A stretch of 64,000 nt of DNA from positions 28,270-92,269 of the forward strand of contig JBFJCP010000020.1 in assembly GCA_041615815.1 (NCBI GenBank), written 5' to 3'. Shown piece by piece: positions 40,304-49,761 of the stretch. Source of the stretch: Gemmatimonadales bacterium (GTDB lineage Bacteria > Gemmatimonadota > Gemmatimonadetes > Gemmatimonadales > GWC2-71-9). Within the stretch, counting starts at the first letter, position 1; each line of letters begins with the position of its first letter. The notes below the pieces were generated by a model that searched no databases, was not told where the DNA came from, and worked only from the letters and a program-made list of their open reading frames with translations. The translations under genes were made by a program, and so were the position numbers.

Positions 40304-40549
40304 TCAGTCGTCCGACGTCTCCCGAATGATGACGCTCCGGTTGCACTCGGGGCAGCGGACCTGCCAAATCACTTTGTCGCGCTGCGTGATCGGCGTACCG
40401 AACATGAGACGAGAGTCACAGCGCGGACACATGACCCTGGAACGACGCTCGGCCACCGCGCGCTTGATAGCCCGGGCCTCCTCACGAGAATAGGTGGCCG
40501 GGGTGTCGAACCAGCGATCGGTGCGTTTGGGGTCCGGCGAATCGGCCAT
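40304..40549 (-). CDS. Small Zn-ribbon hypothetical protein
   Basis: CPRC...CPEC, 81 aa. Confidence 0.65.
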   Translation of the reverse strand: MADSPDPKRTDRWFDTPATYSREEARAIKRAVAERRSRVMCPRCDSRLMFGTPITQRDKVIWQVRCPECNRSVIIRETSDD

Positions 40550-40744
40550 GTAGGGTCAAATGGGTTTGAGGCTTACTCAAATCTACAGCAATCGAGCCGT
40601 CTCGGAGACCGCCCAGGACAATCTAATGCCTAGCCTCACCGCCCCCCCTGCCGGGCGTGGAGCCGAGCCCGGGTAGCGCCGCTCGAGGGTCCACCCTACC
40701 CTTGAACGGTCACACGCCGGCCCGTAACCCCGCTGGAGGATGTC

Positions 40745-41410
40745 ATGCTCCGTCCCCTCGCTCACAGCATTGTGGCGTTCTCGTTGGCCTTTACCCTTTG
40801 GCCGGCTGGCGTGCAGGCCCAGCACACCGGCGTGGCACTCCATGTGGGGAGTATGGGGTTCGGGGCTGACCTGATCATTTCCGTGGACAAACACTTGGGT
40901 TTCCGAGTGGGAGGCAATGTCTTTCCCTTTGATATCGATATCCAGTCGTCCGACGTCACCTACTCGCTGAGCGCTCCGTCTCCGCAGTTCCTGGCAGTGA
41001 TTGACCTTGTCCCCGCAGGGGCCTTCCGGATCAGCGCGGGCGCGCTCTTCGCGCAGAGCGACTTCGAGGTGGTGGCCCAGCTGACCGAGGCGGTGGAAAT
41101 CGGTGGAGCGTTCTACGCCCCATCAGACATTGGCAACCTGACCGGCACGTTCGACACGCGAACCGTTTCGCCCTACGTCGGGATCGGAGTGGGGACGGCA
41201 GCAAGTGGCGGAGTCGGATTCTTCGCGGATCTTGGCATCGCGTTTCACGGCCGGCCCCTGGTGACGGTGGTGGTGGACGGACCGATCGCCCTGGTGCCGC
41301 AGTTTCAACAAGATCTCGACCAGGAAGTCCAGGCCATCCAAGACGATGTCGACAACGTGCGGGTCTACCCGGTCCTGTCGCTGGGCATCGTGATCGGGTT
41401 TGGGCGGTAG
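40745..41410 (+). CDS. Outer-membrane beta-barrel protein
   Basis: GGAGG SD, signal peptide, PYVGIG, C-terminal YPVLSLGIVIGF. Confidence 0.78.
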   Translation: MLRPLAHSIVAFSLAFTLWPAGVQAQHTGVALHVGSMGFGADLIISVDKHLGFRVGGNVFPFDIDIQSSDVTYSLSAPSPQFLAVIDLVPAGAFRISAGALFAQSDFEVVAQLTEAVEIGGAFYAPSDIGNLTGTFDTRTVSPYVGIGVGTAASGGVGFFADLGIAFHGRPLVTVVVDGPIALVPQFQQDLDQEVQAIQDDVDNVRVYPVLSLGIVIGFGR

Positions 41411-41429
41411 CAGAGATGCTTGGTGCGAG

Positions 41430-42224
41430 GTGCTAGGTGCCAGGCATGCACCGCCGACGCTCCTTGCGCGATCCGTCGCCGTTGGCGTCTCACTGGTCTG
41501 CGCGGTGGCGTGCGCTGGAAACGGTGCGGATACGCTTCGCGGCTCGGTCGTCCACGCTGCCGTCGCAGCCAATTTCGCCGCTACCCACGCGGAACTCGCT
41601 CGGCGATTCGAGGCGAGAACGGGCCATCGGATCGAGACGAGTCTCGGGGCTACGGGACAGCTGTACGCGCAGATCGTGAACGGAGCGCCGTACGACCTCT
41701 TTCTCGCCGCGGACACGGCACGCCCGCTCCTTCTCGAAGCCGATGGATTCACGGCCCCTGGCACGCGTTTCACCTACGCCATCGGGCGGCTCGCGCTCTA
41801 TGCGCCAGGCCGTGACCCCGGGAGCGGGCACGAAGCGATCTTGCGGTCTGGCGACATCGTCCACCTCGCCATCGCCAATCCCGAAACCGCACCCTACGGC
41901 GCCGCGGCGAGAGATGTGTTACGGCGATGGGGATTGTGGGACGGCCTGGTCAACCGCACCGTGCGGGGGGAGGACGTCGGGCAAACCCTGCAGTTCGTCG
42001 AGTCCCGAGCGGCCGAGGCCGGGTTCGTCGCCCTCTCGCAGCTCTCGAATCGGAGTAGCAGGGATTACTGGGTGGTTCCGGAAGACACCTATCATCCCAT
42101 CCGGCAGGATGCGGTGTTGCTGCTCCGCGGTGCTGAGAACGAAGGGGCCCTGGCCTTTCTGGCGTTTCTCCAAGGCTCTGCGGGCAAGACGGTGATCACC
42201 GAATTCGGTTACGGAATCCCCTGA
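41430..42224 (+). CDS. modA: Molybdate ABC transporter substrate-binding protein
   Basis: AVAANF, LYAQIVNGAPYDLFLAAD, IANPETAPYG; start uncertain. Confidence 0.93.
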   Translation: MLGARHAPPTLLARSVAVGVSLVCAVACAGNGADTLRGSVVHAAVAANFAATHAELARRFEARTGHRIETSLGATGQLYAQIVNGAPYDLFLAADTARPLLLEADGFTAPGTRFTYAIGRLALYAPGRDPGSGHEAILRSGDIVHLAIANPETAPYGAAARDVLRRWGLWDGLVNRTVRGEDVGQTLQFVESRAAEAGFVALSQLSNRSSRDYWVVPEDTYHPIRQDAVLLLRGAENEGALAFLAFLQGSAGKTVITEFGYGIP

Positions 42225-42226
42225 TC

Positions 42227-42901
42227 GTGTTGTTCGACTGGCGTATCGTCGTAGTCACGGCCCAGCTCGCGGGCGTCACGACGCTCGTATTGTTGATTGG
42301 CGGAACACCGCTGGCGTGGTGGCTCACGCGGACGCAGTCGAGAATGCGTCCGGCGGTCGAGGCGCTCGTGGCGCTACCCCTCGTGTTGCCTCCGACCGTC
42401 CTCGGGTTCTACCTGCTGGTCCTCCTCGGACCCGTTGGCGTCATCGGCAGCGTCTGGGAAGGCATGGGCGGACCTCGCCTCGTCTTTTCCTTCCCGGGGC
42501 TCGTCGTGGGCTCGGTGCTTTACTCGCTGCCGTTCGTGGTGCAGCCCCTCCACAATGCGTTTCGGGCCGTCCCGCCTCGTCTGCTCGATGCGGCGGCCAC
42601 GCTGGGGGCGAGCCCCTTGGACCGATTCCGAACGATTGCGCTTCCACTCGCGAGGCCGGGGTTTCTGACCGCCGCAACCCTGGGCTTTGCGCACACCGTG
42701 GGGGAGTTCGGTGTGGTGCTCCTCATCGGCGGCAACATTCCCGGCCGAACCGAAGTGCTTTCGATCGCACTGTACAACCGGATCGAAGCGTTACACTACC
42801 CGCAAGCCCACGTGATCGCCGCGAGCCTCTTGGCGTTCAGCTTCTTCGTGCTGCTCACGGTGTACGCACTCAACCGACGGTTCGAAACGCCACGACTGTG
42901 A
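42227..42901 (+). CDS. modB: Molybdate ABC transporter permease
   Basis: LPLVLPPTVLGFYLL, FAHTVGEFG. Confidence 0.95.
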   Translation: MLFDWRIVVVTAQLAGVTTLVLLIGGTPLAWWLTRTQSRMRPAVEALVALPLVLPPTVLGFYLLVLLGPVGVIGSVWEGMGGPRLVFSFPGLVVGSVLYSLPFVVQPLHNAFRAVPPRLLDAAATLGASPLDRFRTIALPLARPGFLTAATLGFAHTVGEFGVVLLIGGNIPGRTEVLSIALYNRIEALHYPQAHVIAASLLAFSFFVLLTVYALNRRFETPRL

Positions 42902-43980
42902 CGGGGATCGCCGTCCGCCTTCGCGCGAGCCGAGGGACGTTCATGCTCGACACCCGGATCGACGCGCCCGGGCGAGGCGTCACGGGACTCTTTGGCGCGT
43001 CCGGAAGCGGGAAAACCACGTTGCTCCGAGGCATCGCGGGCCTCGACACGGAGACGCACGGCCTCGTGCAGGTGAACGACGCGACGTGGCAGGACGAGGC
43101 GGCGGGTGTGTTCCTCGCCCCGCACGAGCGTGGCGTGGGTTACGTATCACAGGACGCCGACCTTTTTCCCCATCTCTCCGTCCGGGACAATCTTGCCTAT
43201 GGTTTTCGACGCGTGTCGCCGGCCCGGCGGCGGCTCGAGTGGAAGGAGGTGGTGGAATGGTTGGCGTTGACACCGCTACTCGATCGGACCATCGACCACC
43301 TCTCCGGCGGCGAGCGCCAGCGGGTGGCGATCGCGCGGGCCCTCCTGGCCAGTCCGACGTTACTCCTCATGGACGAACCCGTCTCGGCGCTCGACGAACC
43401 GAGCCGGCGCGACGTGCTGGATCATCTGGACCGCGTGCTCGCGCGGCTGTCGGTACCGGTGATCTACGTGAGCCATTCGCTCTCCGAGGTGGCCAAACTG
43501 GCGGCGCACCTCGTGTGGCTGACGGATGGCAAGGTGGGGGACGCGGGGTCGGTCTCGCAGGTGCTCGGGAGGCTCGATTTCGCCCGCTGGCGCGGAGAGG
43601 AGATGGGCGTGGTGCTCGACGGGCAAATCCGATCGCATGAGGAGACCTATCACCTCACGGTCGTCACGACTCCCCTCGGCGAGCTCACGATCCACCACCG
43701 ACGCGCAGCACTCGGCACTCCACTTCGCGTGCAAATTTTCGCGCGCGATGTGAGCCTCGGACTCGCGGCCCAGGAGCGGAGCAGCATTCTCAACGAGCTC
43801 CGTCTCCGGGTAACGGATCTCGTCGACCTCTCGCCCTCGGACTGTCTCGTCCGGCTCGGCAGAGAAGGCACCAGCGTGGTGTTGTTGGCCCGTATCACAC
43901 GCAAATCCCGCGCGCTCCTCGCACTCGAGCCCGGTCGGGACGTGTTCGCACGAGTCAAATCCGTGGCGGTGCTGGACTGA
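42898..43980 (+). CDS. modC: Molybdate ABC transporter ATPase
   Basis: GASGSGKT, LSGGERQR, MDEP, TOBE/Mop tail ARITRKS. Confidence 0.95.
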   Translation: MTGIAVRLRASRGTFMLDTRIDAPGRGVTGLFGASGSGKTTLLRGIAGLDTETHGLVQVNDATWQDEAAGVFLAPHERGVGYVSQDADLFPHLSVRDNLAYGFRRVSPARRRLEWKEVVEWLALTPLLDRTIDHLSGGERQRVAIARALLASPTLLLMDEPVSALDEPSRRDVLDHLDRVLARLSVPVIYVSHSLSEVAKLAAHLVWLTDGKVGDAGSVSQVLGRLDFARWRGEEMGVVLDGQIRSHEETYHLTVVTTPLGELTIHHRRAALGTPLRVQIFARDVSLGLAAQERSSILNELRLRVTDLVDLSPSDCLVRLGREGTSVVLLARITRKSRALLALEPGRDVFARVKSVAVLD

Positions 43981-44091
43981 AGATTGGCCGCTGGCCGGTA
44001 TCTGGCGTAACCGGACGCTTGCAGCGGCTCAGGGGGCGTTCCCTACCTCTTGTCCGATCGGCACCACGAGACAACGAGCAGGCGAAATGGC

Positions 44092-45732
44092 CTAGTTGGC
44101 GTCCGTCGTCGTCCCCGGTGCCGGCTGACGATCCGATACCTCGGCCCCGATGGCGACCGATTGCATGAACGCCTGGACCACGTCCTCTCGCCACCAGTGG
44201 CGACAGCGCTCAATCTCGGCCACGGCATCGTCGTGGGACATCGCACCGCGATACGCGCGCGTCGTGGTGAGCGCGTCGAACACATCGGCGATTCCAATGA
44301 TTTGAGCGTGCAACGGAATCTCCTCGCCCTTGAGCCGATCAGGGTATCCCGTCCCGTCGTAGCGCTCGTGGTGCCAGCGAACGATCGGTTTGATGTCCCA
44401 GGGAAATGAGATGTCTTTGAGCATCTCGACTCCCCACACGGTATGCATCTTCATGACCTCATACTCGTGCTGGGTGAGGGGGCCCGGCTTGTTCAGAATC
44501 TCGTGCGGCACCCGAACCTTGCCGAGATCGTGAAGCCACGCGCCGATCCGAATAGTCTTGATGGCCTCGTCGCGCAAACCGAGCATGCGCCCCACCTGCT
44601 CGGCGTACAGTCCCACCCGGTCACAGTGTCCATGGGTGTAGCTGTCGGCCGTTTCGATGGATTGACCCCATTCCTTGACCACCGCCAAATACGTGTTCTC
44701 GAGGAGCGCGACCTTGCCCGTGACGTTGACCAAATCCACACGGGCATCGATCTGCCCAAATAGACGATACGCCGTATTGAGGAGGGTGAGCGCTTCCTGA
44801 TTGCGGCCCGAGGTCTGGCACAGCACCGCCAGCTCCCGCGCCACTTCCCCCTGCGCAAGCAACGACCGGGCCTCGGTGGCCATTTCCATGGCCGTTCGTA
44901 GCCGCGATTCGGCAAGCGCGGGCCGCCCCGTCTCCCGATACACCATCCCGATCACGCGGTATGCGGTCGCCTTCAGGGCCAGGACCCCGAGCCGGGTGAA
45001 CAGATCGATGGCCTTCTCCGCCCCCGCTCGCGACTGCTCGTACCGCTGAAGCTCAACATCCAGTTCGGCCTGATTGACGAGACACAGACCCTGCAAGTGC
45101 AAGTCACCAGTCGACTCCGCGATCTCGCGGCTACGGGTGAAGTAGTTCTCCGCGTCGCCCCAACGGCCCTGATCCATGCTTACCATGGCGAGGTTGTGAT
45201 AGGCGATCGCACGGCCATGCACGTTCCCAGCTGCCGCATAGGCTGCCAGGGACCGCCGGTAGTGTGTCCATGCGTCGTCCAGGGCACCCTGGATGTTCGC
45301 GAGCACCCCGAGGTTCTGCTCGACGCGAGCGGTCAACTCCCGGTCGTGGCCACCCAACCCCAGCGCACGCTGATAATTCTCGCGCGCCAGCTCCATGGCG
45401 CCGGTCTGAAGGTCCACGCTCGCGAGGGTATTGAACGCCTCGGCCGCGAGGACCTCATTGTCCGCCCCGAACGCCACTCGCGCGCTTTGATGGCACAAGG
45501 CCCGGGCCGCATCCGGCTCGTTTCGGAGATACCGCAACACCGCGAGCCGGCGAAGCGCCTCCGCCAGCACACGACTCTCCTGGGTTGCCTCCGCGACAGA
45601 CACGGCGGCCTCGTACTGGTGCAGCGCCTCGTCGAATCGGCCGGCACGCTCGAGACCCTGCGCCGCGTGCAGGAGATCGACGGCCTCCACGCTGCTCTGC
45701 TCGTGCACGCTGACCTGTTTGCCCAGTGCCAT
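44092..45732 (-). CDS. TPR-repeat HD-GYP phosphodiesterase
   Basis: Long TPR array; HDLGK, HHERYDGTGYP, ADVFDALT. Confidence 0.92.
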   Translation of the reverse strand: MALGKQVSVHEQSSVEAVDLLHAAQGLERAGRFDEALHQYEAAVSVAEATQESRVLAEALRRLAVLRYLRNEPDAARALCHQSARVAFGADNEVLAAEAFNTLASVDLQTGAMELARENYQRALGLGGHDRELTARVEQNLGVLANIQGALDDAWTHYRRSLAAYAAAGNVHGRAIAYHNLAMVSMDQGRWGDAENYFTRSREIAESTGDLHLQGLCLVNQAELDVELQRYEQSRAGAEKAIDLFTRLGVLALKATAYRVIGMVYRETGRPALAESRLRTAMEMATEARSLLAQGEVARELAVLCQTSGRNQEALTLLNTAYRLFGQIDARVDLVNVTGKVALLENTYLAVVKEWGQSIETADSYTHGHCDRVGLYAEQVGRMLGLRDEAIKTIRIGAWLHDLGKVRVPHEILNKPGPLTQHEYEVMKMHTVWGVEMLKDISFPWDIKPIVRWHHERYDGTGYPDRLKGEEIPLHAQIIGIADVFDALTTTRAYRGAMSHDDAVAEIERCRHWWREDVVQAFMQSVAIGAEVSDRQPAPGTTTDAN

Positions 45733-45858
45733 CAGATGAGCCCAACGCAGTAATTCGAGAACGCCATGCGCACCCCTCCAACGGGCTGAAGCTCTGGCGA
45801 CCTTGCAGTCGACAAAACACGTAACTGCAAGCCCCATACCGACTTGGGTTGCTCAAAC

Positions 45859-45874
45859 TGTGACCCCGATCACA
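45859..45874. promoter_or_regulatory. CRP/FNR-family box 1
   Basis: TGTGA-CCCCGA-TCACA, perfect CRP consensus. Confidence 0.7.
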
Positions 45875-45891
45875 CGGACCAGACCCAACTC

Positions 45892-45907
45892 CGTGACAAA
45901 CCTCACA
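45892..45907. promoter_or_regulatory. CRP/FNR-family box 2
   Basis: CGTGA-CAAACC-TCACA, 9/10 match, 33 bp from box 1. Confidence 0.62.
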
Positions 45908-46060
45908 TCCCCCGCACCACCGTGGCATGACCGTGTGGCTCGCGCGCCACACCAGGGGAAGAGAAGGGCGAACTGCGACGATCGAAGCGTCCGCCCGGCC
46001 CTTGCATTGCCGCTACCAGGGCCTTACGTCGTACCTATCCCCTCGCGCCGAGGACGCTCG

Positions 46061-47977
46061 ATGCGGCACATCGTAGCTGGGCTCTGCCTATCAATCGCGC
46101 TCACCTCTCCCGACGTTCGCGCACAGACAGAGGATTGGCCGGTCTACGGTGGCGACGCCGGTGGAATGAAATACTCGCCGCTGAGGGATATCGACCGGAG
46201 CACCGTCCGCGAACTCGCCGTGGCGTGGACGTGGGACACCGGCGAGCTACCGATTGCGGGAGCGCGGCGGGCGTTCGACCATCAGCCCGTTCGCCCAGGC
46301 GTGTTCGAGGCCACCCCCATCGCGATCAACGACACCCTGTACGTCGTCACGCCGTACAACCGCGTGGTCGCACTCGATGCCACCAATGGGAAACAGCTCT
46401 GGAGCTACGACCCTCGCGCGTATGATTGGGGGCTCCTACCCCGAGGATGTCGGTTCTGCCACCGCGGGCTCGCCATCTGGACCGACGGGACCCACCGTCG
46501 ACTCTTTCTCACGACTCGCTGGAAGTTGGTGGCCCTGGATGCGGCCACGGGAAGACCCGTCGCATCGTTCGGTGTGAACGGGGAGGTGGATGTCAGCCGT
46601 GACCTCGTGTGGGAGGTCAACCGCCTGCACTACGTCAACACGTCCCCCGCAGTCGTGTTCGAAGACCTGGTGATCGTGGGCAGCGGTATGCCGGACAATC
46701 GGATCTATAAGCGGAATCCACCGGGGGACATCCAAGCGTTCGACGCACGGACCGGGAAACGCATCTGGCGGTTCAATACCATTCCGCAACGCGGGGAATA
46801 CGGGAACGACACATGGGAAGACGATTCATGGTCCTTCACGGGATCGACCAACGTGTGGGCGCCGTTTTCGCTCGACGTCGAACGAGGCCTGCTCTATTTC
46901 CCGGTCGGGACGCCCAATAACGACTTCTACGGCGGGCACCGCAAGGGGGATAATCTCTTCGCGGAGTCAGTCTTGTGTCTCGACGCCCGCACGGGTCGTC
47001 GGGTGTGGCATTTCCAGACCGTGCGTCATGGTCTGTGGGACTACGATCTCCCCGCTCCCCCAAACCTCGTGACGATCACCGTTGACGGCCGGCGCATCGA
47101 TGCCGTCGTAGCGCTCGGGAAGACGGGATTCACCTACGTATTCGACCGTGTGACGGGGAAGCCGGTGTGGCCCATCGAGGACCGGCCCGTGCAGCCGAGC
47201 GAGGTTCCCGGCGAACGCGCGGCGCCGACGCAGCCATTCCCCACCAAGCCACCACCCTTCGCCAAACAGGGCTTCACGGAAGCCGACCTCTGGGATCTCA
47301 CTCCCGAGCTCGCGGCGCTCGCTCGAAAGGTGGTGAAGAAGTACCGGTTAGGTCCATTGTTCACCCCACCGTCCATGGAAGGCACGGTCATGATGCCCGG
47401 ACTCGTGGGGGGTTCGGGATGGGGCGGCGCGGCGTTCGATCCCGAGACAGGAATCCTCTATGTCAAGTCCAGCAACTGGCCGCACCTGATAACGATTGCG
47501 GAGCCCGAACCGGAGACCGCGGATGCGGACTACGTATGGGACGGGCGGGCCGGTCTGTGGATCACCGACGATCTCCCCGTCCACAAACCGCCGTACGCGC
47601 TGCTGACCGCAATCGATCTCAATCGCGGCGAACATGCCTGGCAGGTCGTGTTCGGGGACACACCGGCCATTCGCCACCACCCGTTGCTCGAATCCCTGAA
47701 CCTCCCGCCGGTGGGGGTGGCCCCCCTGGCGCATGGCGCCACCGCGGGACCGCTCGTCACTCGGGGTGGGATCGTCTTCCTCGGAGGGGGCTCTTCGGCA
47801 CTCCACGCCATCGACGCCGGGACGGGCGCGACCCTGTGGACCGGGGACCTCGGCGGTCCCCAGGGACGGGGCAATCCCATGACGTATCGGACCTCGGGGG
47901 GACGGCAATACGTCGTCATCGCCGCATCCAACGGGGATGGGACAGGCGCGAGGCTCGTGGCTTTCGCCGTTCCCTAG
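46061..47977 (+). CDS. PQQ-dependent dehydrogenase (quinoprotein glucose dehydrogenase family)
   Basis: Signal peptide, WPVYGGD, FEATP, WHFQTVRHGLWDYD, PMTY. Confidence 0.92.
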   Translation: MRHIVAGLCLSIALTSPDVRAQTEDWPVYGGDAGGMKYSPLRDIDRSTVRELAVAWTWDTGELPIAGARRAFDHQPVRPGVFEATPIAINDTLYVVTPYNRVVALDATNGKQLWSYDPRAYDWGLLPRGCRFCHRGLAIWTDGTHRRLFLTTRWKLVALDAATGRPVASFGVNGEVDVSRDLVWEVNRLHYVNTSPAVVFEDLVIVGSGMPDNRIYKRNPPGDIQAFDARTGKRIWRFNTIPQRGEYGNDTWEDDSWSFTGSTNVWAPFSLDVERGLLYFPVGTPNNDFYGGHRKGDNLFAESVLCLDARTGRRVWHFQTVRHGLWDYDLPAPPNLVTITVDGRRIDAVVALGKTGFTYVFDRVTGKPVWPIEDRPVQPSEVPGERAAPTQPFPTKPPPFAKQGFTEADLWDLTPELAALARKVVKKYRLGPLFTPPSMEGTVMMPGLVGGSGWGGAAFDPETGILYVKSSNWPHLITIAEPEPETADADYVWDGRAGLWITDDLPVHKPPYALLTAIDLNRGEHAWQVVFGDTPAIRHHPLLESLNLPPVGVAPLAHGATAGPLVTRGGIVFLGGGSSALHAIDAGTGATLWTGDLGGPQGRGNPMTYRTSGGRQYVVIAASNGDGTGARLVAFAVP

Positions 47978-48000
47978 CGCACGTCGGTGGGGGCCGACCG

Positions 48001-49509
48001 CTAGCTTCCCAGACTCCGCACGTATTCTTCGACGCCCTGGATCATCGCGTCCAACGCGGCCCGATCGTGCACGCGCCCCTGCATGATGATGGCACGGATG
48101 CTCTTGGTGTTGGCGATGTCCGCCACTGGATCCGCATCCAGCAACACGAGATCCGCCGCCTTGCCTTCGGCCACCGTTCCATACCGCTCCGTGAGATCCA
48201 GGAACTCCGCGGGGCGGATGGTGGCGGCGCGGAGCGCCTCCAGCGGCTCGAGTCCGGCGGTCACGAGGTGCTTCAGCTCGTCGTGCATGCTGAAGCCAGG
48301 GAAAACCATGGTGTCGAACGCATCGGTGCCGGCGAGGATTTTGACGCCAGCCCGATGCGCGAGCCCGGTGACGCGCAGCCCCAGCTCGAAGAACTGTCGG
48401 TAGAACTGGAGCAGCACCGCTGGGCCGTTGGCCGTATTGCTCAGGTCTCGATCCCAACCCCGTTGGCGGGCCGGCGGCACGTACTTGCGGCGCCGATCAG
48501 CCCGATATACAGGATCGGAGGCCTTGGCATCCATCTCCCGCGTGAGATGGGTCGGGACGAGATACATATCGTGTTCGACGAACGCCCTGAAGATCTCCGC
48601 ACAACGCTCTTCGTCGAAGCTCGAGACCACCGCGTCGCGGAATTCGGCAAACAGCGCCGCGGGAAAGTCCTCCGCTCGTCCACTCGCGTATTCCGCGAAC
48701 GCCGCGCGAAAGTCTTCGTAGCGTGGGTTGCAGGCGAGCCCGGGCCAGCGTGCGTGCTCAATGCTCCGCATCCCCGCCTCTGCAGCCTCGACCGGCGTCA
48801 CGGACCACGGGAGGTGGCCGGCCACCGGGATGCCCAGACGGTGCGCTTCCTCCATGAGAGGGAAGAACGCCTCTCGCGGCACGGTGTTGTACACCTTGAT
48901 GAGATCGACCCCACGACTCTTGAGATACGCTACGAGCGCGCGGGCTTCCTCCGCATCGTTGGGCCGGTAGAATCCCGGGTCGGTGGCCCGGGCTCGGCTC
49001 TGCCCGCGGATCCCCTCCACGAGTGGACTGGCAAGCGCCAGAATCCGAGGCCCGACGACCTCCCCGTGCTCGAGCTGCCGTTGCAGTGCCCCCATGTCCG
49101 TGATGGTCTTCCGACTCCCGCAGGGCTCCCAGCAGTCGCCGAGCATATCCCGCACCCCGGTAATGCCGTTGGCGAGCATGAGGGGCAGCATGACCCGCAC
49201 CTGCGACGCCGTGGCACGATTCAAATGGACGTGCATGTCCCACAGACCCGGAAGGAGAAACTTCCCGGTGCCGTCGAGGATGGTGGCATCCCCCGGGACG
49301 TGGACGCCACCGGAGGGGCCGACCGCCACGATCCGGTCGCCCGTGATCACCACCGATTGATTCGCAACGCGCGCGGTGCTGGCGGATCCGGCGCGGGTGT
49401 CGATGATGGTAACGTTGCGGATCGCGATGGTAGGGGCAGCGACTTGACCCAGCACCGAATTTGGAACGATGACGATGGCAGTGATCAGTGGAAGGGGTGG
49501 TCTCAGCAT
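48001..49509 (-). CDS. Secreted amidohydrolase family protein
   Basis: PGLWDMHVH, AGTD, GKAADLVLL. Confidence 0.88.
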   Translation of the reverse strand: MLRPPLPLITAIVIVPNSVLGQVAAPTIAIRNVTIIDTRAGSASTARVANQSVVITGDRIVAVGPSGGVHVPGDATILDGTGKFLLPGLWDMHVHLNRATASQVRVMLPLMLANGITGVRDMLGDCWEPCGSRKTITDMGALQRQLEHGEVVGPRILALASPLVEGIRGQSRARATDPGFYRPNDAEEARALVAYLKSRGVDLIKVYNTVPREAFFPLMEEAHRLGIPVAGHLPWSVTPVEAAEAGMRSIEHARWPGLACNPRYEDFRAAFAEYASGRAEDFPAALFAEFRDAVVSSFDEERCAEIFRAFVEHDMYLVPTHLTREMDAKASDPVYRADRRRKYVPPARQRGWDRDLSNTANGPAVLLQFYRQFFELGLRVTGLAHRAGVKILAGTDAFDTMVFPGFSMHDELKHLVTAGLEPLEALRAATIRPAEFLDLTERYGTVAEGKAADLVLLDADPVADIANTKSIRAIIMQGRVHDRAALDAMIQGVEEYVRSLGS

Positions 49510-49707
49510 AGGTGTAAAGAGCATTACACGTACCGTGCCACGACAGCAAGTGATCGCGCTTCGGCAACCTCGCCGTAGACGAGGAGCGGGGAACCTGATT
49601 GGTCGGCGCGGACTCCGGAGATATTCCACCCGGAGTTGCGGGGACGGCGGGAAGCGTGTTTCAGATGGGCGTGGCGGACTTCCTGCCTCCTAGATATCCC
49701 AAACGAC

Positions 49708-49736
49708 GTGGGCGGGACCGGTATGGTCCCGCCCAC
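49708..49736 (-). terminator. Hairpin terminator after lipoprotein cytochrome paralog 2
   Basis: GTGGGCGGGACC-N5-GGTCCCGCCCAC, 12-bp stem. Confidence 0.6.
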
Positions 49737-49761
49737 AGATGCCGCTGCGTGAGGAGCGGCG

